A DNA stretch of 39,479 bases from Acidimicrobiia bacterium (lineage in GTDB: Bacteria; Actinomycetota; Acidimicrobiia; Spongiisociales; JAENVV01). This document shows positions 22,250 to 30,792 of the stretch, piece by piece. The notes beneath the pieces were generated by a model. That model searched no databases and was not told the DNA's origin. It worked only from the letters and a program-made list of their open reading frames with translations. A program made the translations under genes and the position numbers. Each line of letters opens with the position of its first letter. The stretch's first letter is position 1. The DNA lies in assembly GCA_041577335.1 (NCBI GenBank), contig JBFGJH010000025.1, forward strand, positions 1 through 39,479, written 5' to 3'.

Positions 22250-22996
22250 ATGTCCGTTATCAAGAAGTCCACGCGAAATTGGCTGATATTCGCTGTTGTT
22301 CTCGCGCTGGCTGCCGTGATCGGATACCGAGAGTTCGTTTCTCCGTACCCGGTGATGTTCGAAGCGGAGCAGGCTTTGGTGACGACGGACAGTGTCACGG
22401 TGACCAAGGAACCATATCTGCTGTTCGAGCCGGCCAACCGCGGGCCCCGCGCCGGGCTCGTGTTCTATACCGGAGCCCGCGTGGAACCCGAGGCGTATGC
22501 GCCCATCGGTGCCGCTCTGGCCGAGCGAGGTTATCTCGTTGCGATCCCGAGTCTCCCCTTCAATTACGCCTTTCTCGGTGTGTCCACCGCCAACGACATC
22601 ATGCTCGAGCATCCCCAGGTCGACACGTGGGTGATCGCCGGACACTCATTGGGCGGTGCCATGGCGGCGAGCTTCGCAGATCGCACCGAGAGGGTCGAAG
22701 GGTTGGTCTTGCTCGGTGCCTATCCCGGTTCGAGCCTCGATCTCAGCAATCGCGACATCGAGGTGTCGGTGGTGTACGGCGGCAACGATGCCTTATCCAC
22801 CCGCGACGAGGTACAGAATTCAGTCGATCGGCTGCCGTCGGAGACGGAGTTCGTTTTCCTCCCAGGAGCCAATCACGCCCAGTTCGGCTGGTACGGGGCT
22901 CAGCCGCGGGACGGTGAAGCCACAATCTCGCGCGACGATCAGCTGGCGGCTTCCGTGGCGGCCCTCGTTCGGGTGCTGACCGACGCCGATCGTTGA
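22250..22996 (+). CDS. Membrane-anchored alpha/beta hydrolase
   Basis: N-terminal TM; FYTGARV, GHSLGG nucleophile elbow, GANHAQFGWYG. Confidence 0.88.
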   Translation: MSVIKKSTRNWLIFAVVLALAAVIGYREFVSPYPVMFEAEQALVTTDSVTVTKEPYLLFEPANRGPRAGLVFYTGARVEPEAYAPIGAALAERGYLVAIPSLPFNYAFLGVSTANDIMLEHPQVDTWVIAGHSLGGAMAASFADRTERVEGLVLLGAYPGSSLDLSNRDIEVSVVYGGNDALSTRDEVQNSVDRLPSETEFVFLPGANHAQFGWYGAQPRDGEATISRDDQLAASVAALVRVLTDADR

Positions 22997-23047
22997 TACT
23001 CACCCGGTGAAGGCATGGCGCCGACCGCGGGCCACTAGTTTCATGGC

Positions 23048-24784
23048 GTGCTGAACGAACAACTGGCCGCCCTCTTTCGAGAGATGGCCGAGCTGACGAA
23101 GCTCGAGGATCAGAATCCCCAATCGTTTCGTGCTCGGGCCTACGACACGGCCGCTCGTGCCCTGGACGTCTTGGATGTCGAAGCCGACTCGCTGTCCCAG
23201 GCGGAGCTCATCAAAGTGGAAGGGCTCGGCAAGTCGAGTGCCGCCAAGATCCGCGAGTACTGCGAAACCGGCGCGATCGACAAGCTCGAGCGATTGAGGG
23301 CGGAGTACCCCCACGAGTTCCGCGAGGTCGTCCGGATACCGGGGATCGGCGCCAAGACTGCCATCAAGCTCCGCAACGAGCTTGGCGTGAATACCCTCGA
23401 CGACCTCAAAACCGCCCTGGAGGCACAAACGGTTCGCACCATCCCGGGCCTGGGAGCAAAGACCGAAGAGAAGATCGCCCACTCCATAGAGCGGCTCGGC
23501 ATGACGGGCAAGGATCGGCGGGTGCCCATCGGCGAGGCGATGGCCGAGGCAAAACGGATCGCTCAGCAGCTGGAAGCCCATCCGTCGGTCGACCGGGTGC
23601 AGATCTGTGGGAGCCTGCGGCGGCTGCGCGAGACTGTCGCCGATATCGATGTTCTGGTTGCCTCGGCCGATCCGGGCGCCGTAAATGAACACGCCACGAC
23701 GCTCGCCGCGGTACGGGAATTGCTGGCGGCGGGTGACACCAAGACTTCGTTCCTCACGGCTTCGGGCATTCAGGTCGACGTGCGAGTCGTTCCCCCAGAA
23801 AGCTTCGGCGCGGCGATCTTGTATTTCACCGGATCCAAAGCTCACAACATTGCATTGCGACAACTGGCACTGCAACGTGAGTGGACACTCAACGAATACC
23901 ACCTCGGAACCGACGATGAAGACATTGCCGGTGAAAGCGAGGTCGGTATCTATCGGGCGCTTGGCCTCGAATGGGTTCCCCCTCCGATGAGAGAGGACAG
24001 CGGCGAGGTTGGAGAAGCGTCGAGCGGCGCACTGGAGTATGTCACCGTCGACCAGATCCGCGGTGATCTCCACGTGCACACAGACTTGTCGGGTGATGGC
24101 GAGGAGTCGCTCGAGGTGATGGTGGCGGCAGCATCCGAGCGCGGCTACGAGTACGTTGCCATCACAGACCACGCCGAGGACCTCGCCATAAATGGCGCCA
24201 GCAGAGAGCAGATGCTCTCGCAGCGCGAGGCGCTGCGAGCCCTCCAGAAGGAGTATCCCGACCTGGTGTTACTGCACGGTGCCGAGCTCAACATCGGCCC
24301 GGACGGGAGCCTCGACTACGACCCGGAGTTTCTGGCCGGCTATGACTGGTGCGTTGCCTCGGTCCACTCTCACTTCGACCTGCCGAAAGAGGAGCAAACG
24401 GTTCGTCTCCTCACCGCGATGCAACATCCCTCTGTCAATGCGATCGGCCACCCATCCGGGCGCATGATCGGCCGTCGACCGGGCATCGAGTTCTCCGTCG
24501 GCGCCGTGCTGGAAGCAGCCGAGCTGTCACGGACCGCTCTCGAGATCAATTCGAATCTGGCTCGGCTCGATGCGTCCGCCGAGCTGATCCGCAGGGCGCG
24601 CGACCGCGACGTCTTGTTCGTCATCTCCACCGACTCTCATCGATCCAAGGAGCTCGCCTACACGCGATGGGGGGTCGCCCAAGCTCAACGGGGCTGGGCT
24701 CGCCCGTCTCAGATCACCAACACGTGGCCCCAGCAAGCGTTCCTGGAGTGGGTCGGGGCAGTCCGATCGGGGTCACCTGTCTGA
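23048..24784 (+). CDS. polX: DNA polymerase X / PHP 3'-5' exonuclease
   Basis: HhH motifs, GSLRRLRETVADIDVL, VDVR, YFTGSKAHN; PHP motifs DLHVHT, ITDH, SVH, GHPSGR, STDSH. Confidence 0.95.
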   Translation: MLNEQLAALFREMAELTKLEDQNPQSFRARAYDTAARALDVLDVEADSLSQAELIKVEGLGKSSAAKIREYCETGAIDKLERLRAEYPHEFREVVRIPGIGAKTAIKLRNELGVNTLDDLKTALEAQTVRTIPGLGAKTEEKIAHSIERLGMTGKDRRVPIGEAMAEAKRIAQQLEAHPSVDRVQICGSLRRLRETVADIDVLVASADPGAVNEHATTLAAVRELLAAGDTKTSFLTASGIQVDVRVVPPESFGAAILYFTGSKAHNIALRQLALQREWTLNEYHLGTDDEDIAGESEVGIYRALGLEWVPPPMREDSGEVGEASSGALEYVTVDQIRGDLHVHTDLSGDGEESLEVMVAAASERGYEYVAITDHAEDLAINGASREQMLSQREALRALQKEYPDLVLLHGAELNIGPDGSLDYDPEFLAGYDWCVASVHSHFDLPKEEQTVRLLTAMQHPSVNAIGHPSGRMIGRRPGIEFSVGAVLEAAELSRTALEINSNLARLDASAELIRRARDRDVLFVISTDSHRSKELAYTRWGVAQAQRGWARPSQITNTWPQQAFLEWVGAVRSGSPV

Positions 24785-24791
24785 CAGAGCG

Positions 24792-25697
24792 TCACCGACG
24801 CCACCAACGGCGCGTTGTGGACGCTTGTTCGAGGGCGGCGGAAACCTGAGCATCCTCCATCTGGCGGTGTTTGCGCTCGGACTTCCATTCCCGATTCTTG
24901 GCGTAGAAACGCTGCCTCTCCTCCATCCACCGGGCCATCCAGACTGCCGCGGTCTGCGCTTCGCGCAACCGGACGAGGCGAATCTCCTCGTCTACCCCGG
25001 CGAGGAGGGGGACATCGTCGGGGTCCGTCCATCGTTCGATGAACCGGCCCCAGTTCTCCCGCCAATACTCCCGCTTCTCATCACGTTGGTCGTTGACTGT
25101 GGCACTCGACTCGTGCTCTACGAGGACCCGCTCATCGAGCACGACCTCGCGGTTGTTGCACCACATCATGAACAAGAGATCGAGGTCTTCGCGACTCGCC
25201 ATGTGATACCGCTCGTCCCACCCTCCGAGGGCGCGCATGTCTGCCGTCCGGACGACATAGACCACGCCACTGGGGAGCTCGCGGAACGCCGGCACGACCA
25301 GCCGATGCGAGCCGGGGGCTTCCCTGACCGCGTAGGGGTTCCCGGCGGCGGTGACGGCCGGAAGGACAATGCCTGCCGATGGGTAGGCGGCGAAGGTTTC
25401 GAGCAGGCGGCTCGCCCACGACGATGGGAAGACGGTGTCGTTGTTGGCGAAGGCAACGAACTCTCCTCTCGCCACGCGCAGCCCGGCGTTCATGCCCGGC
25501 GCGAAGCCGAGGTTGGCCGGGTTGAGGACCGCCACATCGGCTACCTCCTCGGTCCACTGCGGGGTTGGCTCATCCGACCCGTTGTCGACCATGATCAGTT
25601 CGAAGTCGGTGTCCGTGTGGGCGCGGATGGACTCGATGCAGCGCTCCGTGAGCTCGCGCCGGTTCCAGTTGAGGACGACGACGGACAGCTTCGGCAT
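24792..25697 (-). CDS. Family 2 glycosyltransferase
   Basis: LSVVVLNWN, MVDNGS, NLGFAPGMNAG, FANNDT, GGWDERY, EDLDL; start at ATG 25697. Confidence 0.92.
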   Translation of the reverse strand: MPKLSVVVLNWNRRELTERCIESIRAHTDTDFELIMVDNGSDEPTPQWTEEVADVAVLNPANLGFAPGMNAGLRVARGEFVAFANNDTVFPSSWASRLLETFAAYPSAGIVLPAVTAAGNPYAVREAPGSHRLVVPAFRELPSGVVYVVRTADMRALGGWDERYHMASREDLDLLFMMWCNNREVVLDERVLVEHESSATVNDQRDEKREYWRENWGRFIERWTDPDDVPLLAGVDEEIRLVRLREAQTAAVWMARWMEERQRFYAKNREWKSERKHRQMEDAQVSAALEQASTTRRWWRR

Positions 25698-25810
25698 GAG
25701 CGAGAGTGTACCGATCCTGTTCTCGCACCCTTGCGCGATAGCACCGCTACCCCACAAGACGGGATTGCTCGCGGATCCAGCTCCTATCTGTCCCGTTGAT
25801 TCGATGTTGG

Positions 25811-25839
25811 GGCCGTTGTGGCACAATTGTCCAACGGCC
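25811..25839. promoter_or_regulatory. Inverted repeat between divergent GT2 and CBS-BON genes
   Basis: GGCCGTTG...CAACGGCC arms enclosing TGGCACAATTGTC. Confidence 0.5.
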
Positions 25840-25879
25840 GAGCCGTGGTCGGTCCACGTTCCGCAGAAAAGGGTTTCTC

Positions 25880-26500
25880 ATGCACGTAATCGACTTGATG
25901 ACTATTGACGTCCTTTGCGTCACACCCGATACCACGCTCAAGGAAGCGGCACGACTGATGGTGGAAGCCCGCATCTCCGGCTTGCCGGTCATCGATCAGG
26001 GTCGCCATCTGGTTGGGATCATCACCGAGGCCGATTTCCTGGAGCGACAGGCGGACAGTCTCCAAGACGGTCGGCTTCTCGCGGCGGTCTTCGACGACGA
26101 GGCGCCCAACCCGGCGACGACGCTCGTCGGCGATGCGATGTCGTCCGACCCCATCGTCATCTATCCCGAGGCAACCATCGCGGAGGCTGCTCGGCTCATG
26201 GCCGAGCACGGCGTGAAGCGGATTCCTGTGGTCGACCCGGAGAATCGGGTGGTGGGCATCATGAGCCGCGCCGATGTCGTGAAGGCATTCACGAGGCCCG
26301 ACGACCTCATCGAAGATGAGATCCGCGTTGACCTGCTCGGTCGGGTTTTCGGTGCCGATCAGGAGGCAGTCGACGTCACCGTCGAAGAGGGGGCAGTGAC
26401 GCTCGAGGGAAGGCTGGAAGATCCTTCGGACGAGGCCCTGCTGGTGGAGTTGGTGCGCCGGATGGAGGGCGTGGTCGGCGCTCGATTCATCCGCCGCTAG
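25880..26500 (+). CDS. CBS-pair + BON domain protein
   Basis: ISGLPVID..LVGIITEADFL and VKRIPVVD..VVGIMSRADV CBS repeats; C-terminal VTVEEGAVTLEG..EGVVG BON-like domain. Confidence 0.9.
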   Translation: MHVIDLMTIDVLCVTPDTTLKEAARLMVEARISGLPVIDQGRHLVGIITEADFLERQADSLQDGRLLAAVFDDEAPNPATTLVGDAMSSDPIVIYPEATIAEAARLMAEHGVKRIPVVDPENRVVGIMSRADVVKAFTRPDDLIEDEIRVDLLGRVFGADQEAVDVTVEEGAVTLEGRLEDPSDEALLVELVRRMEGVVGARFIRR

Positions 26501-26539
26501 CCACCAGATCCGGCCGGGCCGGACCTACGCTGGGGCGTC

Positions 26540-26869
26540 ATGACCTGGACCGGCGCACAACGCATCCGAGCCATCCTGTTCGTCGCTATCGCCGCAGCCA
26601 TGATCCTCGTTCCTGCCGTCCGATTGATCGACGGGGGCACCCGGTTCGGCTGGCGGATGTACAGTTTCCTCGAGCCGCTGCCGAAGCTCACCCTCGTTGA
26701 CGAGAGCGGTACGCCGAGCGAGATCGATCCCGTCCCATTCATCGGTCGCCTACGCGGAGACGTCCCCTTCGCGTCAGCGCTGCCGCCGCACCTCTGTGAG
26801 GTCGTCTCCGGGACCGCTCGGGTCGTGATCGAATTGGGCGATGACCGGTTTGAGTTCGTATGTCCATGA
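26540..26869 (+). CDS. Small membrane-anchored protein resembling the post-HTTM segment of vitamin K-dependent carboxylases (SdpA-like position)
   Basis: TM helix then RFGWRMYS...KLTLVDESG...IDPVPF...HLC; ATGA-coupled to the HTTM gene. Confidence 0.65.
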   Translation: MTWTGAQRIRAILFVAIAAAMILVPAVRLIDGGTRFGWRMYSFLEPLPKLTLVDESGTPSEIDPVPFIGRLRGDVPFASALPPHLCEVVSGTARVVIELGDDRFEFVCP

Positions 26870-27936
26870 AGCATCTCCACGCCATGGTCACGACGTCATC
26901 CCCCGTCATGCCGGTCGCCGTCGTCAGAATTGCGATGGGAACCATTGCACTGGTCCGCGGGGTGGCCGCCTATTGGCTCCTGTGGCCTCTCACCGACTCT
27001 GAGATCGTCAAAGTGCCCTTCGTGGCATGGATACCGTCGCCGACACCTGTCGTGGTGGCGGTGGTGTTGGGATCCTGGGTGGTGGCGGCCGCCTGCTTCG
27101 CCATTGGCTTCCACACCCGGCTGGCGGGGACCGTCTTGGCTGTTGCCATGGCGTTGGTGCTCTTCGTCGACCAGCAGGCCTACGCCAACCACCTGTACCT
27201 CCTCATCGTCATCGTCGGCCTGCTTGTTGTCGCCGGACCGGCCGGGGCATTGTCGGTTGACGCTCGGCGCGGCGCACCTGCCCCTCCGGCCAACTGGGCG
27301 GTGCTCTTGATCAAGCTGCAAATCACCGTCGTGTATCTGTTTGCCGCCATCACCAAAATCAACGCCTCCTATCTGGCCGGCTCCGTGCTGTCCGCTCAGG
27401 TTGGCAGGGGCCTCATCTCGGCCACCTGGGCAGCCCAGTCGAGTGCCTTGATGCGCGGGACGGCGTTCGCCTCCATCGTCCTCGAAGTGGTCATCGGACT
27501 CTATCTCTGGCATCCGCAGCGACGCTACGTCGCAGTCGGCGCGGGTGTGCTCTTTCACGGCGGTATCACGCTGCTGATGCCGTCGCCCGTCCTGCTTGGT
27601 CTTTTCTCGGCCATCATGCTGTCGTCATACCTCCTCTTCATTCCGCCAACGGTGAAGGGGCGATGGGTGGCAGCACCGGATGGCCTGGCGGCGCGGCTGC
27701 GCCGGCACGATGTGCTGAACGTGCTCGATGTGGAGGACGGTGTATTTCTGACGACCAGCCGACACGGCGAGCACACTGGCTGGGCGGCGCTGGTCCGGAT
27801 CTGCGACGAGCTGCCGGCCTGGTACCTGGCAGCTCCCTTCTTGAGGCTCGTTCCTGCTCGATGGGCCCAGCAGCGATGGCTCACCGCTGTCGTCGATCGA
27901 CCTGCTGAATGGGGCGAAGGCGTTTCCTCCGGTTAG
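26866..27936 (+). CDS. HTTM-domain membrane protein (gamma-carboxylase/SdpB-like) with degenerate DCC-like tail
   Basis: IGFHTR, YANHLYL, LSVD, QITVVYLFAAITKINASYLAG, FHGGI, LGLFSAIMLSSYLLF. Confidence 0.88.
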   Translation: MKHLHAMVTTSSPVMPVAVVRIAMGTIALVRGVAAYWLLWPLTDSEIVKVPFVAWIPSPTPVVVAVVLGSWVVAAACFAIGFHTRLAGTVLAVAMALVLFVDQQAYANHLYLLIVIVGLLVVAGPAGALSVDARRGAPAPPANWAVLLIKLQITVVYLFAAITKINASYLAGSVLSAQVGRGLISATWAAQSSALMRGTAFASIVLEVVIGLYLWHPQRRYVAVGAGVLFHGGITLLMPSPVLLGLFSAIMLSSYLLFIPPTVKGRWVAAPDGLAARLRRHDVLNVLDVEDGVFLTTSRHGEHTGWAALVRICDELPAWYLAAPFLRLVPARWAQQRWLTAVVDRPAEWGEGVSSG

Positions 27937-27982
27937 GGCTGTTTTCCACTACGATTTCTCCAATTCCTCAAGGAGATTGCCA

Positions 27983-28591
27983 ATGTCCGGGTCGCGCGGG
28001 CGCACAGCAGAGTTGGAACGGGCCCGCAAGGCCGAGGAGAGAGCTGCCGCCAAGGAAGCGGAGCTTCGCCGCAAGAGCGCCATGTGGGTCATCATCGGAT
28101 TGGCCGTTGTTGCGGCCCTGATCGGTTTCATCGTCACCCGCCCCCCTCCGCCCGGCGTGGTATTCGCCGACCTCGGCAATCAACACATTCCGGACCCGGC
28201 TGACGCTCATGCCCCCTACAACAGCTCGCCTCCGTCGTCTGGACCGCATTGGGGAGGCTTGGCGCAATGGGGAGAGAGTGCCGAGCCGGTCCCCCCGGAG
28301 ATCTTCGTGCACAACCTCGAAGATGGTGGCATCGTGCTTGCCTACGATTGTGCGGCCGGTTGTGACGAGATCACTGACGGCATGCGAGCCACCCTCGACG
28401 CTCTCGGCGTTGATCGCCTCGTGATGACCCCCTATTCCGGCATCACCGATCCTGACGGGGTGGCCCATCAAGGTGCCGTCGTGGCTTGGACTCGGGTCTT
28501 CTACTTCGACGATTGGTCGGAAGAGACCGAAAAAACCATCGACCAATTCATCGCTCTGTTCCGGTACGAAGACCACCACGCCACCGGGTGA
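27983..28591 (+). CDS. DUF3105 family membrane-anchored protein
   Basis: SD AGGAG; TM helix; YNSSPPSSGPHW, VHNLEDGGIVLAY, MTPY, VAWT. Confidence 0.88.
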   Translation: MSGSRGRTAELERARKAEERAAAKEAELRRKSAMWVIIGLAVVAALIGFIVTRPPPPGVVFADLGNQHIPDPADAHAPYNSSPPSSGPHWGGLAQWGESAEPVPPEIFVHNLEDGGIVLAYDCAAGCDEITDGMRATLDALGVDRLVMTPYSGITDPDGVAHQGAVVAWTRVFYFDDWSEETEKTIDQFIALFRYEDHHATG

Positions 28592-29403
28592 GAGGCACGG
28601 CCACAACGACGTGGCCCGCCAAAGAGAGCGGCGGCATCCTCCTCTCGCATGCCACGGGCTTCTGCAAAGAAGTCTGGACGCCTGTCGCCGAGGAACTGCA
28701 TGAGTTGTCGTGCGACCTGCCCATCCTCGCCTGGGACTTCTACTGCCATGGGGCCAGCGACGGCCTTCCCCATCCGATCGATTGGTGGCAGTTCGGCCGC
28801 CAGGCCCACGATGTGGCGGCCACCACCACGCGGCCGCGGATCGGCGTGGGTCATTCCATGGGAGCGGCAGCACTGGCGATGGCCGAGGTGCTCCAACCGG
28901 GTATGTTCGACTTGCTCATCCTGGTAGAGCCAATCATCTTCCCGCCCCCCTACCGAAGGCGCTCTGGCAACCCCATGAGCGAAGTCGCCATCAAGCGGCG
29001 CGACCGGTTCGACACCCGACGGGAGGCATACGACAACTACGGCGAGAAACCAGCCTTCGCCGACTGGGATGAGCGGGCCCTGGCCGGATACGTCGATGGG
29101 GGCCTGGTGTCCGACGGCGACGGGTTGGTGATGTCGTGCCGGCCCGACGACGAAGCCGAGATCTTCGCCGCTGCGTACGCTCACGATCTATACGATCGGC
29201 TACCCGAAATCTCCTGTCCGGCGGTCCTGCTGATGGGGGAAACGTCGACGACGCACACACGAGAAGCAACGGCCGACCTGGCGGGGCGGATGGGTGGTCC
29301 GGCTCGATGGGAAGAGTTTGATGGCGCTTCTCATTTCCTGCCGATGGAACAGCCCCTCCGCCTGGCGGCACTGGTCGTGAGCGAGGTCGCCAAACTCGGC
29401 TGA
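28588..29403 (+). CDS. Alpha/beta hydrolase
   Basis: GTG 28588 overlapping DUF3105 stop; HATGF, GHSMG, LVEP, SHFLPMEQP. Confidence 0.9.
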   Translation: MRGTATTTWPAKESGGILLSHATGFCKEVWTPVAEELHELSCDLPILAWDFYCHGASDGLPHPIDWWQFGRQAHDVAATTTRPRIGVGHSMGAAALAMAEVLQPGMFDLLILVEPIIFPPPYRRRSGNPMSEVAIKRRDRFDTRREAYDNYGEKPAFADWDERALAGYVDGGLVSDGDGLVMSCRPDDEAEIFAAAYAHDLYDRLPEISCPAVLLMGETSTTHTREATADLAGRMGGPARWEEFDGASHFLPMEQPLRLAALVVSEVAKLG

Positions 29404-29466
29404 GATGGGTGGCTCGACCTCGTGGGCGGGTTTCTGGTTTTCCTGAGGTTTCCATACAATGAACGT

Positions 29467-30792
29467 GTGTTGATCGATCGCTCAGTTATCGAGTTACTGG
29501 ACAAAGCGCTCACCTCGCAGCCCGCTGATCGAGTTCGCTTCGCGACGGCCCGCGTAACGACCGATCCGCTGCAATTGGTCGACTCAGGCGCCCACCTCGT
29601 TCGATATGCCGCCTATCTCGGAGTACCGGGCGAATCCGAGATCGGCGCCCTCGGCAACGCATGGCGAATGGATTCACCCTACGGAGCGGATCGCTTTGCG
29701 CAGCTGTCGTCCGCGGTCGGCGCCCTCGATCTTCCTGAAGATATCCCTGTACTGGTCGGGTTTTCGTTCGCAAGCGACGGAGCGTCGCGGCCCGAGTGGG
29801 ACGAATTCACTCCGTCCAGCGCGGTCGTCCCTTTGGTGTCGATCCGCACCGATGGCGAGGCGAATCACCTCTATGTCGTGGTGCCGCCAAACGCCGAACC
29901 CTTTGTGGCCCTCGAGCTCCTTCGCCAGCTCGAGGATGATTCGATGCTTCAGGGTGCGAGAGCAGCCGATCATTCCATCGAGTCGCATCCAACGCCGGGC
30001 ACCTGGGAAGGAGCCGTTGCCGACGCAGTGAATTCGATTCGAGAGGGAGGTCTGCAAAAGGCCGTGTTGGCGAGGTCGCTCCACGTGCGGTCAGATGTTC
30101 CCCCCCGTCCGTTTGGAGTCGTTCGGAGGCTGCGATCGGACTATCCGTCTTGCTTCGTCTACGGCTGGCAGGAGGGCGAAGGTACGTTCGTCGGTGCCTC
30201 ACCCGAGCTGTTGGTAGCCCGCCGTGGCAGTCAGGTGCGCTCTCATCCTCTCGCCGGCTCGGCACCTCGCGGGCCCGAAGAAGAAGCCGATCAGGCACTC
30301 GGCGAAGAGTTGATGGCGAGCTCGAAGAACCGGGCGGAGCACCAGATGGTTGTCGATGACATCGCCGAGCGGCTCGCCTCCGTCACCACCGAGTTGCGCG
30401 TCGATCCGACTCCGTCGCTCCGCAAGGTCACCCATGTCCAGCATCTGTCCACCGAGATCGCCGGCACGGTCGCCGACGGGCTCGGCGTGGTCGAGCTTGC
30501 CGGGCGGATCCATCCCACACCAGCGGTCGGCGGCAGCCCTCGGGACGAGGCGCTTTCTTTGATTCGAAAGTCGGAGGGGTTCGATCGGGGCTGGTACGCA
30601 GGCGGAATCGGGTGGACCTCTACCAGCGGCGACGGCGAGATCGCCCTGGCGCTTCGGTGCGCGTTGCTCAGGGGTGACCGAGCTTGGCTGTACGCAGGAG
30701 CCGGCATTGTTGCCGACTCGGTCCCGGCGAGTGAGCTCGAAGAGACCAGGCTCAAGTTCCGCACGATGGTGGACTTGTTGACCGAGGCTTAG
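29467..30792 (+). CDS. menF: Isochorismate synthase
   Basis: KAVLAR, GASPELL, LAGS, KNRAEH, HPTPAVGG, RGWYAG, AGAGIV; men cluster context. Confidence 0.92.
   Translation: MLIDRSVIELLDKALTSQPADRVRFATARVTTDPLQLVDSGAHLVRYAAYLGVPGESEIGALGNAWRMDSPYGADRFAQLSSAVGALDLPEDIPVLVGFSFASDGASRPEWDEFTPSSAVVPLVSIRTDGEANHLYVVVPPNAEPFVALELLRQLEDDSMLQGARAADHSIESHPTPGTWEGAVADAVNSIREGGLQKAVLARSLHVRSDVPPRPFGVVRRLRSDYPSCFVYGWQEGEGTFVGASPELLVARRGSQVRSHPLAGSAPRGPEEEADQALGEELMASSKNRAEHQMVVDDIAERLASVTTELRVDPTPSLRKVTHVQHLSTEIAGTVADGLGVVELAGRIHPTPAVGGSPRDEALSLIRKSEGFDRGWYAGGIGWTSTSGDGEIALALRCALLRGDRAWLYAGAGIVADSVPASELEETRLKFRTMVDLLTEA

Noticed and set aside
20333..29403. Intact genomic island or prophage after the tRNA
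   Set aside because: No integrase, transposase or phage genes, no distal att copy noticed and no evident compositional shift.
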